DNA of 64,000 nucleotides, taken from contig OZ253470.1 of the NCBI GenBank assembly GCA_965261735.1, positions 4,832,001 to 4,896,000 of the forward strand, read 5' to 3'. Positions within the stretch are counted from its first letter, which is position 1. Every line of letters begins with the position of its first letter. The notes under the pieces were generated by a model, which saw only the letters and a program-made list of their open reading frames with translations, was not told the origin of the DNA and did no database searches. Below, piece by piece: positions 41,762 to 52,850 of this stretch. A program made the position numbers and the translations under genes. This DNA is from Alphaproteobacteria bacterium. GTDB lineage: Bacteria > Pseudomonadota > Alphaproteobacteria > SHVV01.

Positions 41762-41789
41762 TTTTACCATAATATATATTATGCGATTT
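41762..41789 (-). other. Putative XerCD dif chromosome-dimer resolution site
   Basis: Minus strand reads AAATCGCATAA-TATATA-TTATGGTAAAA, against E. coli dif GGTGCGCATAA-TGTATA-TTATGTTAAAT; lies in an AT-rich intergenic patch. Confidence 0.85.
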
Positions 41790-41933
41790 ACGATATCTCT
41801 CTATCACCACCATTCCCCGGCTCAGGCGTGCTCCTCTCCGCGTGCGTCAGCTTTCGTTCATTCGGCGCCAAGCGCTGCGCGACGCACCCGAAAGCGCCTT
41901 GCTGCCCGCTACCCCTAACGAGATAATGGGCCC

Positions 41934-42734
41934 ATGACGGAATCGCACCGGGCGATCGAGCGCCTGCTCGCCATCATGGCCAGGCTGCGCGATCCCGAAT
42001 CCGGCTGCCCGTGGGATCGCGAGCAGGATTTCGCGACCATCGCTCCCTACACTATCGAGGAAGCCTATGAGGTCGCCGAAGCGATTCGCGGGGGCGATCC
42101 AAACGCGCTCAAGGAGGAGCTCGGCGATCTGCTGTTTCAGGTCGTGTTCCACGCGCAGCTGGCGCGCGAGGCCGGCTGGTTCGATTTCGCGGACGTGAGC
42201 GATGCCGTCTCCGACAAGATGACGCGCCGCCACCCCCACGTGTTCGGCGACGCCGTCATCGATACGGCGGCCGAGCAAACCCGGCACTGGGAGGACATCA
42301 AGGCGGGCGAACGCCGCGCCGGCCCAGGCCCCGTGAGCCGGCTCGAGGGCGTACCGCTTGCGCTCCCCGCCCTATCGCGCGCCGCCAAGCTACAGGGCCG
42401 TGCGGCGCGCGCCGGCTTTGATTGGTCTGACGCGGCAGAGATATTCGACAAGCTCGACAAGGAAATCGGCGAGCTCAAGGAGGCTCTCGCCGAGGGCGGC
42501 GCGGGCGAGCGTCATGCCGAAGAAGCCGGCGACGTCCTGTTTACCTTCGTCAATCTGGCGCGTCGCCTGGGGATCGATCCGGAGACCGCGCTGCGCGGGG
42601 CCAACGTTAAATTCGAGCGCCGCTTCCGCCATGTCGAGACGGCGCTGGCCTCCGAGGGGCAGGCGCCCGAGTCGGTGACGCTGGCCGCCATGGACGCGCT
42701 ATGGGACCAGGCCAAGCGGCGCGAACGCGAATGA
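41934..42734 (+). CDS. mazG: Nucleoside triphosphate pyrophosphohydrolase
   Basis: LRDPESGCPWDREQ, EEAYEV, EELGDLLFQ and RRHPHVF motifs; tandem MazG domains. Confidence 0.95.
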   Translation: MTESHRAIERLLAIMARLRDPESGCPWDREQDFATIAPYTIEEAYEVAEAIRGGDPNALKEELGDLLFQVVFHAQLAREAGWFDFADVSDAVSDKMTRRHPHVFGDAVIDTAAEQTRHWEDIKAGERRAGPGPVSRLEGVPLALPALSRAAKLQGRAARAGFDWSDAAEIFDKLDKEIGELKEALAEGGAGERHAEEAGDVLFTFVNLARRLGIDPETALRGANVKFERRFRHVETALASEGQAPESVTLAAMDALWDQAKRRERE

Positions 42735-43492
42735 GCGCGGCCGTGAACACAGTGCTGATCACCGGCGCTACCTCGGGCTTTGGCGCGGCGACCGCCCGTC
42801 TCTTCGCCAAGGACGGCGCCCGGGTTGTTGCGGCCGGGCGGCGCGCCGAGCGCCTCGAGGCCTTGGCCCGCGAATGCGGCGACGGCCTCCACACCATCGC
42901 CCTGGACGTGCGCGACCAGGCCGCCGTCGAGCGCGCGATCGCCGGGCTGCCGCCAGCCTTCGCCGCTATCGATCTGCTCGTGAACAATGCCGGGCTGGCA
43001 CTCGGCATGGGACCCGCGCAGGACGCCGAGATGGCGGACTGGGAGGCGATGATCGATACCAACATCAAGGGCCTTCTTCACGTGACACGAGCCGTGATCC
43101 CCGGCATGACCGAGCGTCGCCGCGGCCACATTATCAACCTCGGTTCCGTGGCCGGCAGCTATCCCTATCCCGGCGGCCACGTCTATGCCGGGACCAAGGC
43201 CTTCGTACACCAGTTCTCGCTCGCGCTACGGGCCGATCTTCTCGGCTACAACGTGCGGGTGACCTGCCTCGAGCCGGGCATGGCGGAAACCGAATTCTCC
43301 GAGGTGCGCTTCGACGGCGATCGCGGCAAGGCGCGGGCGCTCTACCAGGGCATGACGCCCCTCAATGGCGAGGATGTCGCCGAGATCATTCGCTTCGTCG
43401 CCACCCTGCCCGCGCACATCAACGTCAATACCATGGAGATCATGCCGGTCGCGCAAGCGTTCGCGCCTTTCGCCGTCCATCGCGAGACCTGA
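42731..43492 (+). CDS. SDR oxidoreductase (YdfG-like)
   Basis: TGATSGFG, NNAGLALG and YAGTK motifs. Confidence 0.92.
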   Translation: MSAAVNTVLITGATSGFGAATARLFAKDGARVVAAGRRAERLEALARECGDGLHTIALDVRDQAAVERAIAGLPPAFAAIDLLVNNAGLALGMGPAQDAEMADWEAMIDTNIKGLLHVTRAVIPGMTERRRGHIINLGSVAGSYPYPGGHVYAGTKAFVHQFSLALRADLLGYNVRVTCLEPGMAETEFSEVRFDGDRGKARALYQGMTPLNGEDVAEIIRFVATLPAHINVNTMEIMPVAQAFAPFAVHRET

Positions 43493-43528
43493 AACACCGG
43501 CCCGGCGCGCGCTCCGAGGCAAAAAAAG

Positions 43529-43698
43529 GGGCTTACATACTTAACTTGACAGGCGGCAATCCCGCGCTCGCGTCAGTCGGTACGAACGTAACACAACAGC
43601 CCAAGACCGGAAAAAGCACTCTTCGGCGACCGCATTGCAGCTAAGACGGGGGCCACGGCAGCCGGCGAACCTGCCCGTCAAGCTAAGTATGTAAGCCC
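43529..43698. mobile_element. MITE (about 170 bp, non-autonomous)
   Basis: TIRs GGGCTTACATACTTAACTTGACAGGC / GCCCGTCAAGCTAAGTATGTAAGCCC (24/26 match); flanking direct repeat CAAAAAAAG at 43520-43528 and 43699-43707. Confidence 0.85.
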
Positions 43699-43699
43699 C

Positions 43700-43732
43700 A
43701 AAAAAAGGGGGCCGCAGCGGTGCGGGCCCCTT
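43700..43732 (-). terminator. Intrinsic terminator of groESL
   Basis: GC-rich hairpin GGGGCCCGCA-CCGC-TGCGGCCCCC followed by T7 on the minus strand, just after the groEL stop. Confidence 0.8.
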
Positions 43733-43753
43733 AGCAACTCGTGGCCGGTGCGG

Positions 43754-45409
<1,656 letters not shown>

Positions 45410-45700
45410 CTATCCTTGCAGGACGCCCATGACGTCGGACTCCTTCATGATGACGTACTCGTCGCCCTCTATCTTTATCTCGGTGCCTGACCATTTACCG
45501 AAAAGGATGCGGTCGCCCTTCTTGACATCGAGTGGAACGATCTTTCCGTCGTCGCCGCGGGCCCCTTTGCCGGTCGCCACGACCTTGCCCTCCATGGGCT
45601 TTTCCTGTGCGGTATCGGGAATGATGATGCCGCCCGGGGTCTTACTCTCTTCTTCCACGCGCTTGACCAGGACGCGGTCGTGCAACGGCTTGATCTTCAT
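45410..45700 (-). CDS. groES: Co-chaperonin GroES
   Basis: [19 protein letters not shown]. Confidence 0.98.
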   Translation of the reverse strand: MKIKPLHDRVLVKRVEEESKTPGGIIIPDTAQEKPMEGKVVATGKGARGDDGKIVPLDVKKGDRILFGKWSGTEIKIEGDEYVIMKESDVMGVLQG

Positions 45701-45749
45701 CGAGAAATCTCCGAATCGGGCTATAAACTATGAAAGCGGGTGGCACTTG

Positions 45750-45776
45750 TTAGCACTCGCCCCCGATGAGTGCCAA
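45750..45776. promoter_or_regulatory. CIRCE element (HrcA operator)
   Basis: TTAGCACTC-N9-GAGTGCCAA upstream of groES, one mismatch to consensus. Confidence 0.93.
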
Positions 45777-45805
45777 CAATACCGCCCCGGTTCCGTGAGT
45801 GTCAA
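45776..45805 (-). promoter_or_regulatory. Sigma70-type promoter of groESL
   Basis: TTGACA-18 nt-TATTGT on the minus strand, abutting the CIRCE. Confidence 0.65.
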
Positions 45806-45916
45806 CGATGCTTCGCTGGCACGGCGCCCTGATGTCGAGGGCTTGCCGGTCACCCCGGGCTCGAGAACCGTGCGGCCGCGGACCTCGACCCGCCCAAGAC
45901 GGGCCACGCGGCGTCG

Positions 45917-47236
45917 CTAGGTGGTGGGCTCGTTCGACGCTCGGCGTTCCGGCAGGGCCTCGAAGCGCCCGGCATCGCCTGGGTCGAGGCCTACGCGGAG
46001 GTGTGCGAAGCGCTCGTCATCGGTGCGCTCGAGCACGGCGCCGTGGCGGTAGAGCCAAGCGATCGCGGCACCGTTTTCGAGGGCAACCGACAGGTCGACG
46101 ACGCGCTGGCTTCGGGCAAACCAGGCGTCGAGACATCGCAGCAGCAGTTCGCAGTGCTCGCCCGTGGCCGCCGACAGTGGCACCATGTTGCCTTCGCGGG
46201 CGGCGATATTGGCGGTGCGGCCGCGCGCACCGGCGTCGAGAAGATCGATCTTGTTGAGGACCTCGATAAGGCCGCCCTCGCCCGGGGCAGTGACGCCGAG
46301 TCGGTCCAGCACCTGCAGCACGTCAGCCTTCTGCGCCTCGTTCTCGGGATGCGCCGCGTCGCGCACGTGAATCACGACGTCGGCCGCCGAGACCTCCTCG
46401 AGGGTCGCCGAAAAGGCGGCGACGAGCTCGGTCGGCAGATCCGAGATTAATCCCACCGTATCGGAGAAGATGACGCGCCGCCCACTCGGCAGGTCGACGC
46501 CGCGCATCGTTGGGTCGAGAGTGGCGAACAGCATGTCGTCGGCGAACGAGGCGGCACCCGCCAGCCGGTTGAACAGCGTCGATTTTCCCGCGTTGGTGTA
46601 GCCGACGAGGGCGACGATGGGATACGGCACCTTGCGGCGCTCCGCGCGGTGAAGCTGTCGCGTGCGAACGATTCCCTTGAGGTCGGTCTTGATGCGCGTG
46701 ATGCGCTCGCGGATGTGTCGGCGGTCGGCCTCGATCTGCGATTCGCCGGGGCCGCCGAGAAAGCCGTAACCGCCGCGCTGGCGCTCGAGGTGCGTCCATG
46801 ACCTTACGAGTCGGCTGCGCTGATAATCGAGCGCCGCGAGCTCGACCTGTAGGCGTCCCTCTCTCGTACGCGCCCGCGCGCCGAAAATCTCGAGAATGAG
46901 CCCGGTTCGATCGATCACCTTGGTGTCCCAGGCGCGCTCGAGGTTGCGCTGCTGCACGGCCGTCAGCGCGCCGTCGATGACAATCACGTCGACCTCGCCC
47001 GCGAGGCGTTCGGCGATGTCCTCGATCTTGCCGGGGCCGAGCAGCGTGCCCGGCCGCGTCTTCTTGAGGGCAACGGGCTCCGCGGCGATGACATCGAGCC
47101 CGATAGCTCCGGCGAGGCCCACCGCTTCCGCCAGCCGCGCGTCCGGCGAGCGGCTGTTGGCATCGCCCTTGAGATAAGGATGCACAACCAGGGCGCGGCC
47201 GGCGCCCGGCGAGGACCCGTTGACCGGAAGGCTCAA
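45917..47236 (-). CDS. hflX: GTPase HflX
   Basis: [19 protein letters not shown] and NKID motifs; follows hfq. Confidence 0.96.
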   Translation of the reverse strand: MSLPVNGSSPGAGRALVVHPYLKGDANSRSPDARLAEAVGLAGAIGLDVIAAEPVALKKTRPGTLLGPGKIEDIAERLAGEVDVIVIDGALTAVQQRNLERAWDTKVIDRTGLILEIFGARARTREGRLQVELAALDYQRSRLVRSWTHLERQRGGYGFLGGPGESQIEADRRHIRERITRIKTDLKGIVRTRQLHRAERRKVPYPIVALVGYTNAGKSTLFNRLAGAASFADDMLFATLDPTMRGVDLPSGRRVIFSDTVGLISDLPTELVAAFSATLEEVSAADVVIHVRDAAHPENEAQKADVLQVLDRLGVTAPGEGGLIEVLNKIDLLDAGARGRTANIAAREGNMVPLSAATGEHCELLLRCLDAWFARSQRVVDLSVALENGAAIAWLYRHGAVLERTDDERFAHLRVGLDPGDAGRFEALPERRASNEPTT

Positions 47237-47237
47237 A

Positions 47238-47495
47238 TCACTCCGCGTCGACAGCGGCCTCCTCGTTGCCTTCGAAGAGCTGCACGGCGCTCGCCGGCAT
47301 CACCGTGGAAATAGCGTGCTTGTAGACGAGCTGGGCGTGCCCATTGCGACGCAGTAGCACCGAGAAATTGTCGAACCAACTGATTACACCTTGGAGCTTC
47401 ACGCCGTTCACCAGGAATACGGTGACCGGCAGCTTGTTTTTGCGGATGTGGTTGAGGAATACGTCCTGAAGGTTTTGGCCTTTCGCTGCGGACAT
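47238..47495 (-). CDS. hfq: RNA chaperone Hfq
   Basis: [27 protein letters not shown]. Confidence 0.98.
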   Translation of the reverse strand: MSAAKGQNLQDVFLNHIRKNKLPVTVFLVNGVKLQGVISWFDNFSVLLRRNGHAQLVYKHAISTVMPASAVQLFEGNEEAAVDAE

Positions 47496-47676
47496 GGGTT
47501 GTGCCCCCGTGTATCTCGATTGAGCGATTGCCGGTGGTCCACGGCGGCCCCGCCGACCTGATCGACGAGCCTACGAGCCCCCGCCGGCGAGACGGCGCCC
47601 TACCGGTGCTTGTCCACAAGTAAAATGGGGTAACGAGCGGCAACTTGCAATAGCGGCCGGCCATCGCTCCGGTGGG

Positions 47677-48546
47677 TCACCGCCGCTGCCGCCCCGCGCC
47701 CTGCGCGTGCGTATGGGACTCATAAAGGTCGTGCAGCCGGCAGGTGAGTGGCCCCGGCCGGCCATCGCCTATGACCGTCTCATCGATCCTCACGACCGGC
47801 AGAACGAGCGCGGTCGTGCTGGTGGCGAAGGCCTCTTGTGCCGCCTTTGCCTCGTCGACGGTGAAGGGCGCCTCGACGAGCGCAGCGTTGTCGCGCTGGG
47901 CGAGATCGAGAAGGACGCTGCGCGTAATGCCGCTAAGGATCGCCGGGCCGAGATCCCGTGTCTGCAGGGCTCCGTCGCCGTTGACGATCCAGGCATTGGT
48001 CGAGCTGCCTTCGGTAACGAAGCCGTGGGCGTCGACCTGCCATGCCTCATAGAAGCCGCCCTCGCGGGCCCGCTGCTTGGCGAGAACGTTCGCGAGCAGC
48101 GCGGTCGACTTGATGTCGCATCGGGCCCAGCGCTGGTCGGGCAGTGTGGAGATGGCGACCCCGTCGCTGAAAAGCGCCGGTGCGGGCACCTGGTTGCGGG
48201 CCGTAACCACGAGCGTGGCCTCGGCCGTGGCGGGAAAGGCGTGGTCGCGCGGCGCCGTACCCCGCGTCATCTGAAGGTAGACGATCCCCTCCCCCACCCG
48301 GTTGCGGCGCACGCACTCGTGGATCACGACGCTGAGCGCGCGACGCGACATGGGCCTGGGGATCGCGAGCTCGCCGAGCGAACGCTCGAGGCGGTCGAAA
48401 TGGGGCCCCTCGTCGAGCAATCGACCGCCGGTTACGGCAATAACCTCGTAAACGCCGTCAGCGAACTGGTAGCCGCGGTCCTCGATGTGGATGGCGGCCT
48501 CGCTGTGGCGCACGTAGTGTCCATTGACGTAGGCGATGCGGGACAT
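47677..48546 (-). CDS. dat: D-amino-acid aminotransferase (class IV)
   Basis: EDRGYQFADGVYE, RCDIKS, TEGSSTN and ILSGITR motifs. Confidence 0.92.
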   Translation of the reverse strand: MSRIAYVNGHYVRHSEAAIHIEDRGYQFADGVYEVIAVTGGRLLDEGPHFDRLERSLGELAIPRPMSRRALSVVIHECVRRNRVGEGIVYLQMTRGTAPRDHAFPATAEATLVVTARNQVPAPALFSDGVAISTLPDQRWARCDIKSTALLANVLAKQRAREGGFYEAWQVDAHGFVTEGSSTNAWIVNGDGALQTRDLGPAILSGITRSVLLDLAQRDNAALVEAPFTVDEAKAAQEAFATSTTALVLPVVRIDETVIGDGRPGPLTCRLHDLYESHTHAQGAGRQRR

Positions 48547-48562
48547 GCTTGGCGGGCCTTTG

Positions 48563-50014
48563 CTAGCGGCGCCAGAACGTGGCCCGGAACAGCACCAGCA
48601 CCGTCAAAAGCTCGAGCCGTCCAACCAGCATCGCCAGGCAAATCACCCATTTCGCGCCGTCCGGAAACGCGGCCCAGTGGGCCGTCCCGCCGCTCCCCAT
48701 GACCAGCGCGGGGCCCGTGTTGCTGAGCGCGGCCGCGGCCGCTGCGAGCGCGGTGCGCGCGTCAAGGCCGAACAGCGACAATGCCACGGCCACGGTGACG
48801 AAGCCAAACATGAACAACACGAAGAAGCTCCACGCCGCACGCATCACGGGCTCGGCCACGGTCTGCTTACCGTAGCGGAGGCGCACGATCCCGTGCGGAT
48901 GGGCGAGCCGGGCGAGCTCTCTGCCGCCCTGCTTGAAATAGAGCCCCAAGCGCATGAGCTTGATGCCGCCGGCGGTCGAACCGGTAGCGCCTCCGACCAA
49001 CGCCAAGGTCAGCAACAACACCGGTACGCTGACCGGCCAGGTCGCGGCATTGCCCGTGGTAAAGCCGGTCGTCGACAGCATGGAGACGGCGTTGAACAAG
49101 CCGGTCCTGAGCGCAAGCGTCGTATCGGCATCCGCCTGCCAAGCGTAGAGTGCCGCGACCGCCGCAGCGCCGAGCGCCGCGAGGACGAGAAAATACTGGC
49201 ACTCTGGATCGCCGGCATAGGAGCCGAAGCGGCCGTGAAATGCGGCCCAATGGAGCGAGAAATTGAGCGCGGCGATGGTCATGAACACAATCAGAACGAG
49301 CTCGATCAGCGGGCTGTCGTAGACGCCGATCGATCCCTCGCGCGCCGTGAATCCAGCGCTCGAGAGGGCGCTGAGCGCGTTCACGAGCGCATCGAACGGC
49401 GGCATGCCAACGGACCACAGGACCGCGGTGCAGAGCGCCGTGAGGGTGGCGTAAATCCACCAGATCGCGCGGATGGCCTCGACGAGGCGGGGTTTGAGAG
49501 CGTCGCGCTCGCCGCGCGGAATGGCGCTTCGGAACAGGTGCATTCCGCCGATTCCGTGCAGCGACAGGAGCGACACCGCGAGGAGGATGGTGCCGAGCCC
49601 GCCGATCCACGCGAGGAGGGCGCGCCACAGCAGAACGCTTCGTGCCGCTTGGTCGACGTCGGCGAGCAGGGTGGCGCCGGTTGTCGTGAGTCCGGAGAGC
49701 GACTCGAAGTAGGCGCCGGTCAAGCTGTCGAAGGTGCCGGTGAGGAGGAACGGGATGGCGCCGAACAGAGGCAGCACCGTCCACGCCAGTACGGCGAGCA
49801 GAAAGCCCTCGGGCTTGCCGACCTCCGGGCGCGCGCCGCGGGTGGCGATGATCAGCGCCCCGCCGATGAAGGCCGTCAGGACGGCCGTCGCGACGAAGGC
49901 CGATGCCGCCGTCCCTTCGGCGAGCCCGTAGGCGAGCAACGCCGGTGCCAACATCGCACCGGCGAGCGCGGCCAGACCCCACCCGAGGACCGAAAGCACC
50001 GTCGCATACGACAT
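48563..50014 (-). CDS. trkH: Trk potassium uptake membrane protein
   Basis: FESLSGLTTTGAT, GSTAGGIK, SNTGP and GRLE motifs. Confidence 0.94.
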   Translation of the reverse strand: MSYATVLSVLGWGLAALAGAMLAPALLAYGLAEGTAASAFVATAVLTAFIGGALIIATRGARPEVGKPEGFLLAVLAWTVLPLFGAIPFLLTGTFDSLTGAYFESLSGLTTTGATLLADVDQAARSVLLWRALLAWIGGLGTILLAVSLLSLHGIGGMHLFRSAIPRGERDALKPRLVEAIRAIWWIYATLTALCTAVLWSVGMPPFDALVNALSALSSAGFTAREGSIGVYDSPLIELVLIVFMTIAALNFSLHWAAFHGRFGSYAGDPECQYFLVLAALGAAAVAALYAWQADADTTLALRTGLFNAVSMLSTTGFTTGNAATWPVSVPVLLLTLALVGGATGSTAGGIKLMRLGLYFKQGGRELARLAHPHGIVRLRYGKQTVAEPVMRAAWSFFVLFMFGFVTVAVALSLFGLDARTALAAAAAALSNTGPALVMGSGGTAHWAAFPDGAKWVICLAMLVGRLELLTVLVLFRATFWRR

Positions 50015-50035
50015 CGAGGGGAGAGGCGCCGGTGG

Positions 50036-51412
50036 CTAGAAGTAGTCGGCACGCACGGAAAACAACTGTTCGACCTTTTTCACGACGCCGGCGACCGCGA
50101 ACAGGATGACCCGATCGTGCGCGCGAATGATCGTGTCGCCGCGCGGGATGACGACCTCGTTGTCGCGCACGAGAGCGCCGATGATGATGCCCTGGGGCAG
50201 GCGTGTTTCGCGGATAGGTACCCCGACGAGCGGCGAGGTCTCGAGGGCCTCGGCTTCGATGATCTCCGCCATGCCGTCGCGAAGACTGTGAAGGCCGCGG
50301 ATACGACCGCGGCGCACGTGCTGCAGGATGGTCGATACGGTGGATGCGCGTGGGCTCACGACCACATCGATGCCGAGCGAGCGGATCAGCGACCAGTATG
50401 CGAGCGTATTGACCAGCGTCACCGCGCGTTGGCAGCCGGCGCGTTTGGCCAGCAGCGAGGCGAGAATGTTGACCTGATCGTCGTTGGTCACGGCGACGAT
50501 GGTCTCGGTCGCGCTGATGTTGGCTTCATCGAGGATTTCGCGATCGAGGGCGTCGCCGTTGATGACCACGGTGTGGCTCAACTCGTCGGCCGCGACCTCG
50601 GCGCGTGCCTTGTTGGCCTCGATGATCTTGACCCGCACGTTCGAGTGGTCCTGCTCGAGCTGCTTGGCGAGGAATAGACCGATATTGCCGCCGCCGACGA
50701 TAACGACGCGGTGCGCCTCTTGTTCCTCGTGGCCGAACGCGGCCATCGCCCGGTTTACGTGCGCCGTATCGACGGCGAAATAGACTTCGTCACCAGCCTT
50801 CATCTCGTCGTCGGCCGTTGGCACGGTGATCCCGTCGCCGCGGATGATGCCGAGCACGCGGATGTTGAGGTCGGGGAAGAGCTCGGTGAGCTGGCGCAGC
50901 GGCGTGTCGACGATCGGACAGTCCTCACGGTCGAGCACCGCGATAACCCGCACGAGATCGTCGGCAAAGGGAATCATGTCCGTTGCGCCCGGCACCTGAA
51001 GGCGGCGCATGACCGCGCGCGCGACCTCGATCTCCGGCGAGATGATGACGTCGATGGGCATGTTGTCGCGGCTGAACAGGTTCTGCCACATCGGCTGGAG
51101 ATAGCCCTGCTCGCGGACCCGCGCGATCTTCATGGGGACGTTGAACAACGAGTGCGCGACCTGGCACGCGACCATGTTGATCTCGTCGGCCTGGGTGACC
51201 GCGATGATCATGTCGGCCCCTTCCGCACCGGCCCGCTCCAGCATCTCCGGATGCGCCGCATGCCCGACCATGGCCTGGACGTCGAGCGTGTCGGTGAGGC
51301 GGTCGATGAGGTCCCGCTCGTGATCGATGACGGTGACGTCGTTGTGCTCGGCGGTGAGCTGGCGGGCGATACTGTGACCCACCTGGCCGGCGCCGCAGAT
51401 GATGACCTTCAT
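50036..51412 (-). CDS. trkA: Trk potassium uptake NAD-binding subunit
   Basis: Two RCK domains (GAGQVG, GGGNIG); 458 aa. Confidence 0.96.
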   Translation of the reverse strand: MKVIICGAGQVGHSIARQLTAEHNDVTVIDHERDLIDRLTDTLDVQAMVGHAAHPEMLERAGAEGADMIIAVTQADEINMVACQVAHSLFNVPMKIARVREQGYLQPMWQNLFSRDNMPIDVIISPEIEVARAVMRRLQVPGATDMIPFADDLVRVIAVLDREDCPIVDTPLRQLTELFPDLNIRVLGIIRGDGITVPTADDEMKAGDEVYFAVDTAHVNRAMAAFGHEEQEAHRVVIVGGGNIGLFLAKQLEQDHSNVRVKIIEANKARAEVAADELSHTVVINGDALDREILDEANISATETIVAVTNDDQVNILASLLAKRAGCQRAVTLVNTLAYWSLIRSLGIDVVVSPRASTVSTILQHVRRGRIRGLHSLRDGMAEIIEAEALETSPLVGVPIRETRLPQGIIIGALVRDNEVVIPRGDTIIRAHDRVILFAVAGVVKKVEQLFSVRADYF

Positions 51413-51443
51413 CGTCCCACTTTCACGGCGTCGCCCGCGGCGA

Positions 51444-52850
51444 CTAGGATTCGACGGCGGGCGCGCGTTCCTCGCCCGTTACGCCGAGTGTCTTGAGCTT
51501 GCGGTGGAGCGCCGAGCGCTCCATGCCGACGAAGCTCGCGGTGCGCGAGATGTTGCCGCCAAAGCGGTTGATCTGGGCCAGTAGATACTCGCGCTCGAAC
51601 AATTCCCGGGCCTCGCGCAGCGACAGGCCCATGACCTTCTCGCTTCCATTGGGGCGGACCATGGCTAGGCCCGCCGCGCCCAGCTCCGGCGGCAACATGT
51701 CGGCCGTGATCGGCGTGCCGGCATCCCCCGGTCCCATGATCAGTAAGCGCTCCACCATGTTACGGACCTCGCGCACGTTGCCGGGCCAGTCATAGGCTTG
51801 GAGGGTCGCCATCGCATCCTCGTCGATGGCGCAACTCGGCAGGCCCGACACATCGACCGCGCGCTGGATGAAGTAGGCTGCGAGCAGCGGAATGTCCTCG
51901 CGGCGTTCCTTCAGGGGAGGCACGCGAACGGGGACCACGTTGAGGCGGTGATACAGGTCCTCGCGGAAGCGCCCGGCCACGATTTCCGCCGCCAGGTCCC
52001 GGTTGGTGGCACTGACCACGCGAACGTCCACGTGCACTTTCGCGCTCCCGCCGACGCGCTCGAAGGTCTGCTCTTGGAGCACCCTCAGGATCTTGGCCTG
52101 AGTCTCGAGCGGCATGTCGGCGACCTCGTCGATAAACAAGGTGCCGCCGTGGGCCTGTTCGAAGGTTCCCTTGTGCGGCCCCGCGGCGCTACCGGGGATG
52201 CCGTTCTCGATCCCGAAGAGCTCGATCTCCATGCGCTCGGGCACGAGGCGCGCCGCATTGAGCACGACGAAGGGCTGCTCCGCCCTCCGTGAACGGGCGT
52301 GCAGCTGACGCGCGATCACTTCCTTGCCGGAACCGGGCGGGCCGGAAATGAGGACGCGGCTGCCCGTTGGGGCGACCTTGTCGATCACCTGATCCAACAG
52401 GTTCATGGCCTGCGAGCGGCCGATGAGCTCGGTGTCGTAGCCGGCGCGCGACCGCAGATCTTCGTTCTCGCGACGCAGCCTGGCCGCTTCGATGGCCCTC
52501 TCGATAATGACGAGCAGGCGATCGGCCTTGAACGGCTTCTCGATGAAATCGTAGGCGCCGCGCTTGATCGCGGTCACCGCGGTTTCGATATTCCCGTGGC
52601 CGCTGATCATGACGACCTGCGTCTCGGGATGGCCCCGCCTCACCTGCTCAAGGAGCTCCATACCGTCGAGTTCGCTGCCCTGCAGCCAGATGTCGAGAAT
52701 CAGCAGCGATGGGACGCGCGCCTCGATGGCCAGCAGCGCGGCGGAGCTATCGGCCGCAACCCGCGTATCGTAGCCGTCATCGGCGAGAATCCCGGAGACC
52801 AGATCGCGGATATCCGCTTCGTCGTCGACGATGAGGATGTCATGAGCCAT
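51444..52850 (-). CDS. ntrX: Response regulator NtrX
   Basis: MAHDILIVDDE start; AAA+ domain without GAFTGA; HTH MERSALHRKLK. Confidence 0.95.
   Translation of the reverse strand: MAHDILIVDDEADIRDLVSGILADDGYDTRVAADSSAALLAIEARVPSLLILDIWLQGSELDGMELLEQVRRGHPETQVVMISGHGNIETAVTAIKRGAYDFIEKPFKADRLLVIIERAIEAARLRRENEDLRSRAGYDTELIGRSQAMNLLDQVIDKVAPTGSRVLISGPPGSGKEVIARQLHARSRRAEQPFVVLNAARLVPERMEIELFGIENGIPGSAAGPHKGTFEQAHGGTLFIDEVADMPLETQAKILRVLQEQTFERVGGSAKVHVDVRVVSATNRDLAAEIVAGRFREDLYHRLNVVPVRVPPLKERREDIPLLAAYFIQRAVDVSGLPSCAIDEDAMATLQAYDWPGNVREVRNMVERLLIMGPGDAGTPITADMLPPELGAAGLAMVRPNGSEKVMGLSLREARELFEREYLLAQINRFGGNISRTASFVGMERSALHRKLKTLGVTGEERAPAVES

Noticed and set aside
51444-52850. NtrX lacks GAFTGA
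   Set aside because: Normal for alphaproteobacterial NtrX.
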